Shown in pieces: positions 26,713-35,501 of a stretch of 64,000 nucleotides of DNA (the first letter of the stretch is position 1; every line of letters starts with the position of its first letter). Position numbers and translations under genes: made by a program. Origin of the DNA: an uncultured Acidimicrobiaceae bacterium (lineage in GTDB: Bacteria > Actinomycetota > Acidimicrobiia > Acidimicrobiales > RAAP-2). The stretch spans positions 5,183-69,182 of the forward strand of contig CAVSII010000006.1 of NCBI GenBank assembly GCA_963727955.1, in the 5' to 3' direction. The notes under the pieces are model-generated. The model ran no database searches. It saw nothing but the letters and a program-made list of their open reading frames with translations, and was not told the DNA's origin.

Positions 26713-27549
26713 ATGGGTAAAGAGCGGGCCTTGGTGCTCGGCGGTGGGGGACTGGCCGGCATCGCCTGGCACACCGGGATGGCCTACGGATTGGCCGAGG
26801 CCGGCGTGGATGTGACATCGGCCGACTTTCTGGTGGGGACGTCGGCCGGATCGACAGTGGCCGCCCAGTTGGGGAGCGGCCGTGGGGTGGGCGACTGGTA
26901 CCGCCGCCAGGTCGAGCTCGACCTGCAGACCGAGGAGCTCCGTCCCCAGGGGATGTCGATCGAACGTCTGTGGGAGCTCATGATCCAGCTGGCCGAGGAA
27001 TTCCCCGACCCGAGCGATAGGCGTCGTCAGGCGGGGAAGCTGGCCCTCGGGGCCGACACGCCGTCCGAGCCGGCCCGCCGTGCTCTGGTGGCCGGCCGGT
27101 TGGCCGGGCTGGGGTGGCCCGAGCGCCCGGTGGCCATCGTGGCCGTCGATGCCACGACCGGCGAGCGCCGGGTCTTCGACGCCCACAGCGGGGTCGACCT
27201 GGTCGACGCCGTGGCCGCCAGCAGCGCCGTACCCGGCGTGTGGCCTCCGGTGACCATCGGGGACACCCGCTATGTCGATGGTGGGATCTACTCGTCGTGC
27301 AACGCCGACCTGGCTGCCGGCTACCAGCGGGTGCTGGTGCTGGCCCCCATAGCCGACGGCGAGATCGATGGGCAGATGGACCAGGTGCGGGCCACAGGCC
27401 TCATCGAGCTGCTCACCCCCGACGCCGAGGCGCTGGCCGCCTTCGGGACCGATCCCCTCGATCCGGCGGTGCGGGCCCCGGCCGCCCGAGCCGGCTATGC
27501 CCAGGGCCGCCGATCGGCCCCGACCGTGACCCGCCTCTGGGTCACCTGA
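26713..27549 (+). CDS. Patatin-like phospholipase
   Basis: ORF 26713..27549: LVLGGGGLAGIAW (oxyanion GGGxxG), VGTSAGS (GxSxG nucleophile), YVDGGI (catalytic DGG). SD GAGGAGG lies before the ATG. Confidence 0.85.
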   Translation: MGKERALVLGGGGLAGIAWHTGMAYGLAEAGVDVTSADFLVGTSAGSTVAAQLGSGRGVGDWYRRQVELDLQTEELRPQGMSIERLWELMIQLAEEFPDPSDRRRQAGKLALGADTPSEPARRALVAGRLAGLGWPERPVAIVAVDATTGERRVFDAHSGVDLVDAVAASSAVPGVWPPVTIGDTRYVDGGIYSSCNADLAAGYQRVLVLAPIADGEIDGQMDQVRATGLIELLTPDAEALAAFGTDPLDPAVRAPAARAGYAQGRRSAPTVTRLWVT

Positions 27550-27587
27550 ACGGCAGGTGGGGTGGCCAATCGTTGCGGGCCTCCGCC

Positions 27588-28604
27588 TCAGCCGTTGCTG
27601 TGCAATGAGGGGCCGTTGGCCGTGCCGTTCGCCGTGGTCGGGGAGAGATGGGGACCGTTGACGGCCGCACCTCCGCCGGACCCACCGAAGCAGGTCGCCG
27701 AGGGCGGGGCCGTGGCTGGGACGGCCGTGCATGGCCCGCCCGGCGACTGCCCGGATGGCCCGCCGGGCGGGGGAGTGTCCGGGTGCAGGTCGAGGGGCTG
27801 GGTGGTCACCCCGCCGGCCGTGGTCACCCGGGCCGAACTGGTGGTCTGGCCGCCGGGCCACCAGGCGATGAACAAACCGTTGGCCGTGGTGGCCTGCACG
27901 GCCTGGCCGTCGCTGCGCAGCAGCGTCACCCCGGTGACCCCCGTCGCCACTTGGCCTTCGACCACGGTGTAGGGACCCTGGCTGTCGGAGTCGAAGTGGG
28001 CCACCGACATATGCTCGATGCCCCCGGTGCCCGACCCGCCGAAGGTGATCGAACCGCCGAAGGTGATCGAACCGCCGGCCTGTCCCCTCCCCGGCCCGCC
28101 GGCGGCGGCCGACATCGACGATGCACCTCCTTCGGTCCTCCCTCCGTCGGTGAAGCTTTGGGAGACGATGATGATGGACGGCCCGGTCAGGCAGGTGGCG
28201 TCGGCGACGCTGCTCTGGAAGAGGGACAGGGTGAACGGCCCCCGTACGTCGGTGGCCACCTCGTCCCATCCGCTCACTGCGGCCGTGCCTCTGATGGCCG
28301 GGCCGCTGGCCAGCTGCCCCCGGCAGGTGGCGTCGGCCGAGGACATCTGAGCGGTGGTGGCCGGCGTCGGCCGGGGAAGCCAGCCGGCGAAGGCGGGCTG
28401 GGCACCGGTCAGGGTGACCACCGACACCACGACGCCGGTGGCGGCGGCTACACCGGCCACCGATCCGGCCATCATGCCGGGGGAGAAGCGTCCTGTCCGT
28501 GGGTGGTAGTCGATGGCACCCAGGCGTAGCTCGGCGTCGGCCGGCAGGCCCGAGGCATGGGCGGCCAGCGCATCTCGCAGGTCAGATTCGAGTTGGTCGG
28601 TCAT
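27588..28604 (-). CDS. Putative anti-sigma factor / membrane-anchored extracytoplasmic protein
   Basis: In-frame ATG 28604 in ORF 27588..28697: MTDQLESDLRDALAAHA... A single TM helix follows (MMAGSVAGVAAATGVVVSVVTL), then a Gly-rich extracytoplasmic domain. It lies immediately downstream of the ECF sigma gene and overlaps it by 23 nt. Confidence 0.55.
   Translation of the reverse strand: MTDQLESDLRDALAAHASGLPADAELRLGAIDYHPRTGRFSPGMMAGSVAGVAAATGVVVSVVTLTGAQPAFAGWLPRPTPATTAQMSSADATCRGQLASGPAIRGTAAVSGWDEVATDVRGPFTLSLFQSSVADATCLTGPSIIIVSQSFTDGGRTEGGASSMSAAAGGPGRGQAGGSITFGGSITFGGSGTGGIEHMSVAHFDSDSQGPYTVVEGQVATGVTGVTLLRSDGQAVQATTANGLFIAWWPGGQTTSSARVTTAGGVTTQPLDLHPDTPPPGGPSGQSPGGPCTAVPATAPPSATCFGGSGGGAAVNGPHLSPTTANGTANGPSLHSNG
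28036..28078. repeat. 18-bp tandem duplication (2.4 copies) inside the anti-sigma-like gene
   Basis: CCGCCGAAGGTGATCGAA x2 plus a partial copy. It encodes GGSITF GGSITF GGSG. Confidence 0.7.
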
Positions 28605-29193
28605 CGTCGTTGGCTCCCTTGGGTTCGGTGATGTGGGCTGATGTGACGTGGGGTGATCGGAGGAGATCGTCCCCGGTGAGGACGGGCACGAGGACATGGT
28701 GCAGTCGGTCGAGGGCGCGGGAGGTGGTGCTCTTGACCGTCCCCACCGAGCAGTCCATGGCCTCGGCCACCTGCGCTTCGGTCAGGTCGTCGAAGTAACG
28801 GAGGACCAGGGTGGCCCGCTGGCGCGGCGCCAGGGTGCCCAGCGCCTCGATGAGCACCGAGTTGGTCTCCACCGCCCCCAGGGCGCGGGCCGTCGACTCG
28901 TCGTGACGACTGTCCATCACCAAGCCGTGGCCCGGGTCCAACTCGGAACGGTGGCGCCCCCGCTTTTGGGCGCCGTCGAGGGCCAGGTTGACCAGGATCT
29001 TGCGGGCGTAGGCCACTGGATACTCCATCGAGCGGACCCGCGGCCAGCGGCGTGCCACTTTGAACAGGCACTCCTGGACGAGGTCCTCGGCCGAGGCGAG
29101 GTCGCCCACCACCAGGTAGCCGGTCCGCAGCAAGTCGCCGGCCGTGCCCGCAACGAAGTGCTCGAACTCGTCGTGGGTGTCGTGGCCTTTCAC
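28582..29193 (-). CDS. ECF-type RNA polymerase sigma-70 family factor
   Basis: ORF 28582..29193. Region 2: DLVQECLFKVARRWPRV...YARKILVNLALD. Region 4: LAPRQRATLVLRYFDDLTEAQVAEAMDCSVGTVKSTTSRALDRL. Confidence 0.85.
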   Translation of the reverse strand: MKGHDTHDEFEHFVAGTAGDLLRTGYLVVGDLASAEDLVQECLFKVARRWPRVRSMEYPVAYARKILVNLALDGAQKRGRHRSELDPGHGLVMDSRHDESTARALGAVETNSVLIEALGTLAPRQRATLVLRYFDDLTEAQVAEAMDCSVGTVKSTTSRALDRLHHVLVPVLTGDDLLRSPHVTSAHITEPKGANDDDRPTRI

Positions 29194-29313
29194 GGCTGTG
29201 GCCGGCGGTCAGAGGTGCCCATCACTCTATAAACCCCGTCGGACCCGAAAAGGTTGCCGGGCCACCAGATAATCCTTCCGAGACGAACCCCTTCGGTTCG
29301 GCCTCGGCGTCGT

Positions 29314-30255
29314 CTACCCCGACGACTTGGCTGGGACCGACGCATCCGGCTGGTCACCCACCGCATCGTCAATGCCCATGGGGGCACCGCTCCGCCAGGG
29401 TCGCACGTAGAACAGCCAGATGACGGCGGCGCCCAGCAGGGTCGCGCACAGGACCCAGCCGAGGGCGGTGGTGCCCAGCCCCACGTACTTGAGGCCGGAG
29501 GCGAAGATTACGAAGGTGATCGCCGGCCGTATGTACCGGTCGGGTGCTCTCGACGAGATGAACGAACCCACGATGACGGCGGGGATGCTCCCGATGATGA
29601 TCGATGTGGTCACCGAAAACTCGACATGGCCGAAGGCCAGGGCACCGAGGGCAGCGGCCACGGTCAGTGGAACCGCTTGGGTGAGGTCTGTACCGACCAG
29701 CTGATTGGCTCCCAGCATGGGGTAGAGGAACAGCAACATCACGATCATCAAGGATCCAGATCCGACCGATGTCATACCGACGATGAGGCCGCCCACCATG
29801 CCAACGAGCACAGTGGGTACCGGCCGGACCACAACCTCGTGCACGATCGCCTTGCGTTCCCGGCTGCCCCGACGATCGAGGAGGTAGCGGATGACCATGG
29901 CCGCCGCTCCGACCAGAAGGGCGGCGCCTAACGCCTTTTCGATGTTGGTCTGCGACGTTTTGGCGTGACCCAGCAGGTGGAGAAGGTAGGCGCCGAGGAA
30001 GGCCATCGGCACCGATCCGGCCACCATCCACCCCACCAGACTGAAGTTGACGGTCTTCTTGGCCATGTGGACGGCAGCCCCGAAAGGCCGCATGAAGACG
30101 GCGGCCACCAGGTCGCTGGAGATGGCCGTCGACGGCTTGACGCTGAACAGGAGGATGAGCATGGGCGTCATCAACGCCCCGCCGCCGGCACCTGTCAGAC
30201 CGACCAGAAACCCGACCACGGCACTTCCCAAGACGATGTACGGATCGATGCTCAC
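29314..30255 (-). CDS. TauE/SafE (DUF81) family anion exporter
   Basis: ORF 29314..30255: multi-TM protein, GFLVGLTGAGGGALMTPMLILLF...GMVGGLIVGMTSVGSGSLMIVML. Confidence 0.75.
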   Translation of the reverse strand: MSIDPYIVLGSAVVGFLVGLTGAGGGALMTPMLILLFSVKPSTAISSDLVAAVFMRPFGAAVHMAKKTVNFSLVGWMVAGSVPMAFLGAYLLHLLGHAKTSQTNIEKALGAALLVGAAAMVIRYLLDRRGSRERKAIVHEVVVRPVPTVLVGMVGGLIVGMTSVGSGSLMIVMLLFLYPMLGANQLVGTDLTQAVPLTVAAALGALAFGHVEFSVTTSIIIGSIPAVIVGSFISSRAPDRYIRPAITFVIFASGLKYVGLGTTALGWVLCATLLGAAVIWLFYVRPWRSGAPMGIDDAVGDQPDASVPAKSSG

Positions 30256-30512
30256 GAAGCCCCCCTGCCGTGTCGGTGAACTGGAAACTGTCGGTGAAAC
30301 CGAAACGCAGACTCAAGCCAAGTTACCCGGCAAAACCTGTTAAGTCCAAGGGTTTGGTGGGTTGACCGTCCTGGAGGCGGGTGATCAGCTCGTTGTTATC
30401 GGACCGCCCATCCACGATCCCCGATGGGGAAGTTGGGCATCCGACGACGACGTGAGAGGCAGAGGCGTGGCGTCGGTGGCCCCGACGGCGAGGGCGCAGC
30501 CGTCTCAGAGGT

Positions 30513-30896
30513 TCAGTCGGCCAGATCGAAGGCGGTGGGGTGACGGGGTTGGTAGAGGCCGATGGTGCCGGCCCCCGGCACCTCGAGTCGGGTCATGATG
30601 CCGAAGCCCTGGTTCTCGATGGGCATGACGAACACGACGCCCTTGGCGGTGAGCTCGGCCACCGTGGCCTCGATGTCGTCGCACATGAAATAGAGCTCAT
30701 GGTGGCCACTGGGGGCGCCCGAGCTCGGGTCCTCCGGGTTGCCGGCCGGGTGAATACCGAGCTCGGGCGGTGGCAGCTGGAAGATCAACCAACCTTCGTG
30801 GGCATCCACATACGGCAGGTCGAGTGTGTCGCGGAAGAAAGCCCGGGCCCGGTCGGCGTCCTCGGCGTAGATGATGGCGTGGGTGGAAGTGATCAC
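30513..30896 (-). CDS. VOC (glyoxalase/bleomycin-resistance/dioxygenase) family protein
   Basis: ORF 30513..30896: HAIIYAEDADRARAFFRDTLDLPYVD...HELYFMCDDIEATVAELTAKGVVF. Confidence 0.75.
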   Translation of the reverse strand: MITSTHAIIYAEDADRARAFFRDTLDLPYVDAHEGWLIFQLPPPELGIHPAGNPEDPSSGAPSGHHELYFMCDDIEATVAELTAKGVVFVMPIENQGFGIMTRLEVPGAGTIGLYQPRHPTAFDLAD

Positions 30897-30947
30897 GGTC
30901 GACCACCTGTCGTCTCCAACGGATGGCGTTTCCGCTCGTGCCTCATC

Positions 30948-31328
30948 TCACTCAGGGCCATGGCACACCGCCTCCACGTTGTTGCCGTCGGGGTCGCGCA
31001 CGAAGGCGCCGTAGTAGTCGGGGTGGTACTCGGGCCACAGCTGCGGCGGGTGCAGCACCTCGACCCCCATTTCCGATGCCGCCTCGGCGAAGGCCCGGAC
31101 CGAGGCCCGATCGGCCGAGGTGAAGGCGATGTGGCTCTCGCGGAACCCTTCGCCGGTCGACAGCGGCCCGATCCAGAACTCGGGCCTGGGCGGCGTCCCG
31201 AAAGCGACCACCTCGCCCAGGTCGACCACCCGCTGGTAGCCGAGAGGCGACAGGGCGACATCGTAGAAGGCGGCGCTGGCCCAGGGATCGGCGCACTGGA
31301 TGGAGAGGTGGTCGAGCATGGTGGCCAT
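30948..31328 (-). CDS. VOC family protein
   Basis: In-frame ATG 31328 in ORF 30948..31835: MATMLDHLSIQCADPWASAAFYDVALSPLGY...HIAFTSADRASVRAFAEAA...YYGAFVRDPDGNNVEAVCH. Confidence 0.75.
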   Translation of the reverse strand: MATMLDHLSIQCADPWASAAFYDVALSPLGYQRVVDLGEVVAFGTPPRPEFWIGPLSTGEGFRESHIAFTSADRASVRAFAEAASEMGVEVLHPPQLWPEYHPDYYGAFVRDPDGNNVEAVCHGPE

Positions 31329-31410
31329 CCTGCCAGACCCGGTCCTGTCCAGGTAGTGCCCCACCCGGGCTTCGGGCTGTTCGTCCGCCGGTGCGCGAAG
31401 CTGACGGGCT

Positions 31411-32490
31411 GTGACCGTCCCCGTCGATGTTCCCCTGCACCCTCTTCCCACCCGGGCCGAGGACGTGGACTGGCCCACCGACCACTGGCCGGTGGGCGAC
31501 ATCCCTGCCGGCGTCGACCTCGGCAGCCTCATGGAAGAGGCGTTCGATCCCCACGGTCCGTTGCACGAGACCTTCGCCGTGGTGGTCGTCCACCGGGGCC
31601 GACTGGTCTTCGAGCGCGACGGCGGTCTGCTGCCCCAGTGGGACAAGCCGGGCAAACCGGTGGGGCGGGAGACACCGCTGCTGTCGTGGTCGATGGCCAA
31701 GTCCATCCTCCACGCCGTGGTGGGCATGCTGGTCGACGAGGATCGGCTGGTGCTCGACGCCCCCGCCCCGGTGCCGGCCTGGGCGGCAGCCGACGACCCC
31801 CGCCACGCCATCACCCTGCAGAACCTGTTGGACATGCGCGACGGGCTGGCCTTCGAGGAGTCCTACGACGATCCCGAGGCCTCCGACGTGATGGCCATGC
31901 TGTTCGGCCGGGGCCAGTCCGACATGGCCGCCTTCGCCGCCGACCGCCCGCTGGCCGCCTCGCCCGGCACCCGTTTCAACTACTCGACCGGATCCAGCCT
32001 GATCGTGTCGGGCATCGTGGCCCGGCTCCTCGGACCGGGCCATCCCTACCGGGCTTTCCTCGACGCCCGGCTGTTCGGCCCGCTGGGCATGCGCTCGGCC
32101 ACCGCCACCTTCGACCAAGCCGGCACCTGGGTGGCCGGCTCCTACGCCTACGCCACGGCCCGTGACTACGCCCGCTTCGGGCTGCTCTACCTGCGCGACG
32201 GCCTCTGGGAGGGGCGCCGCCTCCTGCCCGCCGGCTGGGTCGACCACGGACGCCGGCCCCGGTCGGTCGACCCCGACGGCGGCGACTACTACGGCGCACA
32301 CTGGTGGACCCGCCCGGATCCCCACGGCACCTTCTGGGCCGCCGGCCACGAGGGCCAGTACATCGACATCTGCCCGGATCTCGACCTGGTGCTGGTGCGC
32401 ATGGGACGGACCGACGCCGACCACAGCGAAGACCTGAAGGGTTGGCGCACCAGGGTCATCGACACCTTCGCTCCCACCCCCACCGACTGA
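31411..32490 (+). CDS. Serine hydrolase (beta-lactamase/esterase family, class C-like)
   Basis: ORF 31411..32490: SWSMAKS (SxxK nucleophile motif), RFNYSTGSS, YAYATARDYARFGLLYLRDG, FWAAGHEGQYIDI. Confidence 0.75.
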   Translation: MTVPVDVPLHPLPTRAEDVDWPTDHWPVGDIPAGVDLGSLMEEAFDPHGPLHETFAVVVVHRGRLVFERDGGLLPQWDKPGKPVGRETPLLSWSMAKSILHAVVGMLVDEDRLVLDAPAPVPAWAAADDPRHAITLQNLLDMRDGLAFEESYDDPEASDVMAMLFGRGQSDMAAFAADRPLAASPGTRFNYSTGSSLIVSGIVARLLGPGHPYRAFLDARLFGPLGMRSATATFDQAGTWVAGSYAYATARDYARFGLLYLRDGLWEGRRLLPAGWVDHGRRPRSVDPDGGDYYGAHWWTRPDPHGTFWAAGHEGQYIDICPDLDLVLVRMGRTDADHSEDLKGWRTRVIDTFAPTPTD

Positions 32491-32518
32491 CCGGGCGTCG
32501 GCCGGTCGGGGTCGCTTC

Positions 32519-33079
32519 TTACACGCCCTCCCACAGCCCGACCGGCGCCTGGCCCACCCGGTAGTGGCCGGGTTGGCGCTCGCCGCTGGCTGCCTTCTCG
32601 ATCCGGGCGGTCATCCCCTCGCTGAGGGCGCCGTCCTTGATCATGGCGAAGTAGGTGGCGGTGGCGTTGCCCACGTCGAAGAAGTCCCGCTGCCAGCTCC
32701 ATTTGAAGTCACCGGCGTAACGGAACCAACTGCCCCCCAGGCCGGCGATCTCGTAGTGGCTACCGTCGTCCCGGGTAGCGTCGGCCACCTGCTTCCATAG
32801 CCCGAGGATCTCCCCCTGGGCGTCGTCGATGAGCACCCGCTGGTAGGGGTAGACCCATCCGCCCAGCCCCTCCATCTCCAAACCCAAGGCGTAGGCGCGT
32901 ATCTCGTCACGGCCCACGGCCATGAACTCGTCGTTGGGCCCCACGTTCCACCCGTAGGTGGCGTCGTCGGTGTACATGTCGGCCATCGGCTCCCAGTCCA
33001 GGTTGGCCTCGCACCGCTTGTTGATGGCCAGCCAACGCTCCATCATCTCTTCGAGCTCGCTGCGTGGGAATGCCGGCAT
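32519..33079 (-). CDS. NTF2/SnoaL-like fold protein
   Basis: ORF 32519..33079: ELEEMMERWLAINKRCEANLDWEPMADMYTDDATYGWNVGP...FMAVGRDEIRAYAL. Last gene of the P450 operon. Confidence 0.6.
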   Translation of the reverse strand: MPAFPRSELEEMMERWLAINKRCEANLDWEPMADMYTDDATYGWNVGPNDEFMAVGRDEIRAYALGLEMEGLGGWVYPYQRVLIDDAQGEILGLWKQVADATRDDGSHYEIAGLGGSWFRYAGDFKWSWQRDFFDVGNATATYFAMIKDGALSEGMTARIEKAASGERQPGHYRVGQAPVGLWEGV

Positions 33080-33082
33080 GGG

Positions 33083-33280
33083 TTACTCCTCCTCGGTGAT
33101 GCGCAGTGCGGATGTGGGACAGAAGCGGACGGCTGCCTCGACCTCAGCGCGGAGCGACTCGTCGGGCTCGGCGTCGAGGATGGTCACCTGTGGGTTCTTG
33201 CCCAGGACGAACACGGTGGGGGCCTCCGACTCGCACACCCCGTGGCCCTGGCACAGATCGATGTCGACCGACACCCGCAT
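33083..33280 (-). CDS. fdx: Small [3Fe-4S]-type ferredoxin (P450 redox partner)
   Basis: ORF 33083..33280: MRVSVDIDLCQGHGVCESEAPTVF...AVRFCPTSALRI. The start overlaps the cyp51 stop (TGATG). Confidence 0.85.
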   Translation of the reverse strand: MRVSVDIDLCQGHGVCESEAPTVFVLGKNPQVTILDAEPDESLRAEVEAAVRFCPTSALRITEEE

Positions 33281-34650
33281 CAGTCCGCCGCCGCCCGCCG
33301 CCGGTACCGGGCCTTACAGGGCTGTTGCAACTGGACCACCATCTTCGAGTGGTCGTTGCGGTAGGTGTCGGACGGCTGGGCCAGCTCGAACTCCCAATCG
33401 AGGAGGAGGACCGAGAAGATGGCCTTGAGCTGCATCATGGCGAAGGCGGCCCCCACGCAACGGTGCCGGCCGGCGCCGAAGGGGATCCACGTCCACGGAT
33501 TGGTCCGGTCCTCCTCGCGGGGGGCCACGTAGCGGGACGGGACGAAGGCGTCGGCGTCGGGGAAGTCCTCGGGGATCCGGTTGGACACCGCCGGGCTGGT
33601 CCCCACCATCTGACCGGTCCGGATGGTGAAGCCGTCCACGTCGACCTCCTCTTTGGCCACCCGCAGGAGGAGGATGAGCGGTGGGTGGAGGCGCAGGGCC
33701 TCTTTGATGGCCGACTCGAGGTGGGGCATGGCCCGCAGCGCCTGGTAGCTGACCTCGGCTCCGTCGGCGTAGAGCTCGGCCAGCTCGTTGTCGACCACCG
33801 TCATCTGGTCACAGTGACGCAGCAGCTCGATGAGCGTCCAGGCGGCCGTGCCCGAGGTGGTGTGGTGGCCGGCGAACATCATCGAGATGAACATGCCGGT
33901 GACGATGTCGGCGGTGAAGCGGGGGCTTCCGTCCTCGTCGTGGATGGACATGAGGACGTCGAGGAGGTCCCTCTCGTCGTCGGCCACCGGCTCCGCCCCG
34001 GCTCGTCGTTCCATGATGGCTCCCACCAGTGCCACCAGGCCCTCCCGGGCCGCGTCGCGACGCCGGAAGCTCTCGATGGGGGCGTAGGGGTCCATGTAGG
34101 CGATGGCGTCGGTGCCCTGTTCGAGGTCGTGGTAGAGCTGGGCGAACCGTTGGTCGAGCTGGTCGCGGAACCGCCTGCCGATGAGGCAGGAGGACGAGGT
34201 GTAGATGGTCAGCTCGGCGAACCAGTCGAGCAGGTCGATCTCCCCCTCATCGCCCCAGGTCGACACCATGTGCTCGACTTCGGCGGCGATGGTGGCGGCG
34301 TGGCCCCGCATGAACTTGTCCCGCAGGGCCTGGTTGTGGAGCATCTCGCGACGACGCTCGGGCGGCGCGTCGAAGACCACGCCCTCCCCGAAGATGGGTG
34401 TCATGAACGGGTAGGCCTCGGCCTGGTCGAGGACCTCCTCGGGGGCCCGAAAGAACACCTCGTTGGCCTCGGCCCCGGTCAACAGGACCACGTCCCGGTC
34501 ACCCAGGCGGAACACCCCGACGTCGCCGCACTCGGCCCGCACCCGCTGGAGCAGGGCGATGGGGTCCACCCGCAGTTCCTCCAGGTGCCCGTTGGCTTCG
34601 GCCCCGCCCGATACCCGCGGCGGCTCACCACGCTCCACGGCGACGGTCAT
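33280..34650 (-). CDS. cyp51: Cytochrome P450 CYP51 (sterol 14-alpha-demethylase family)
   Basis: In-frame ATG 34650 in ORF 33280..35364: ...AYPFMTPIFGEGVVFDAPPERRREMLHN...FISMMFAGHHTTSGTAAWTLIELLRH...RLHPPLILLLRVAK...WIPFGAGRHRCVGAAFAMMQLKAIFSVLL...YRNDHSKMVVQL. This is near-colinear with my recollection of M. tuberculosis Rv0764c. Confidence 0.9.
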   Translation of the reverse strand: MTVAVERGEPPRVSGGAEANGHLEELRVDPIALLQRVRAECGDVGVFRLGDRDVVLLTGAEANEVFFRAPEEVLDQAEAYPFMTPIFGEGVVFDAPPERRREMLHNQALRDKFMRGHAATIAAEVEHMVSTWGDEGEIDLLDWFAELTIYTSSSCLIGRRFRDQLDQRFAQLYHDLEQGTDAIAYMDPYAPIESFRRRDAAREGLVALVGAIMERRAGAEPVADDERDLLDVLMSIHDEDGSPRFTADIVTGMFISMMFAGHHTTSGTAAWTLIELLRHCDQMTVVDNELAELYADGAEVSYQALRAMPHLESAIKEALRLHPPLILLLRVAKEEVDVDGFTIRTGQMVGTSPAVSNRIPEDFPDADAFVPSRYVAPREEDRTNPWTWIPFGAGRHRCVGAAFAMMQLKAIFSVLLLDWEFELAQPSDTYRNDHSKMVVQLQQPCKARYRRRAAAD

Positions 34651-35501
34651 GGCTCCTCCTCGTTGTTCAGTTCCCTGTTCGATCCTTTGGCCGCCAGTTC
34701 CGCTGCGCCCGGCGCCGGTGTCTCCGTCTGTCGGAGGGGGGCCTCGGGCTGCAGCTCGACCACGGTGGCATGGGTACCCCGGGGTAGGGTGACGGCCGCC
34801 ACGATGGCCTGGGCCACACCGGCCGGGCGCATGAAACTGTCGTGCCGGGCGAAGCCCCAGGCCACCCACCCGTTGAGCACGTCGGCGGTGATGGTCGGAT
34901 CCCAGTCCATGCCCATCCCGGTGAGGGTGGGACCCGGTCGCACGATGGAGGCCCGCACGCCGGTGCCCTCGAGCTCCATCTGCAGGGATCGGGCGTAGCC
35001 CTCGAGGCCCCACTTGGAGGCCACGTAGGCGGCCATGGACGGGCGGGGCCGCTCGACCACGTCGGAGGTGATGAAGGCGATGTCGCCCCGCTGCCGCCCG
35101 ATCATGGCCGGAAGCAGGGCCCGGATCAGACGGTGGGTGCCGTTGACGTTGACCCCGACCACCCCCTCGAAGGTGGCCGAGTCGGTGTCCATGGCCGAAC
35201 CGGGTACGTTCTGGGCGGCGTTGGACACCAGGATCTCGACCGTCCCCAGTGCCTCGGTGGCCATCCGGGCGAAGGACTCGATCGAATCGGCCTCGGACAG
35301 GTCGAGGGGGAGGGCGACGGCCGAGCCGCCGTCGGCCCGGATGGAGGTGGCCGTCTTCTCGCATTCCGCCACTCGTCGGGCCCCGAGCACCACAGGATGG
35401 CCGAGGGCGGCCAGGGCCAAAGCGGTGGCCCGGCCGATACCGGACGAGGCCCCGGTCACCACCGACGGGCGCAGCGGGGGGTGGGGGTCGAAGTGCTCCA
35501 T
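34647..35501 (-). CDS. SDR family oxidoreductase
   Basis: In-frame ATG 35501 in ORF 34647..36575: SVVTGASSGIGRATALALAALGHPVVLGAR...LVSNAA...YVASKWGLEGYARSLQMEL. ATGA overlap with cyp51 and TGATG overlap with cyp123. Confidence 0.85.
   Translation of the reverse strand: MEHFDPHPPLRPSVVTGASSGIGRATALALAALGHPVVLGARRVAECEKTATSIRADGGSAVALPLDLSEADSIESFARMATEALGTVEILVSNAAQNVPGSAMDTDSATFEGVVGVNVNGTHRLIRALLPAMIGRQRGDIAFITSDVVERPRPSMAAYVASKWGLEGYARSLQMELEGTGVRASIVRPGPTLTGMGMDWDPTITADVLNGWVAWGFARHDSFMRPAGVAQAIVAAVTLPRGTHATVVELQPEAPLRQTETPAPGAAELAAKGSNRELNNEEEP

Noticed and set aside
26713-27549. The patatin-like phospholipase as a CBASS effector
   Set aside because: No CD-NTase/cyclase, no E1/E2/JAB accessory genes and no cyclic-nucleotide-sensing domain are fused or adjacent. 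It stands alone, divergent from a DinB-like gene.
26641-28269. The 5' three-quarters of the 715-aa ORF 26122..28269 (minus strand)
   Set aside because: It is antisense to the patatin gene and out of frame with the anti-sigma-like gene, and the sequence is Arg/Gly/Pro-rich. Only the last ~170 codons (26122-26640) have protein-like composition and motifs.
30362-30430. The peptide LTVLEAGDQLVVIGPPIHD in ORF 30362..30598, resembling the end of a TrkA-C/RCK_C domain (possible gene remnant)
   Set aside because: Only about 20 residues are suggestive, the rest of the ORF is filler, and no upstream continuation exists. This is insufficient evidence for a pseudogene call.
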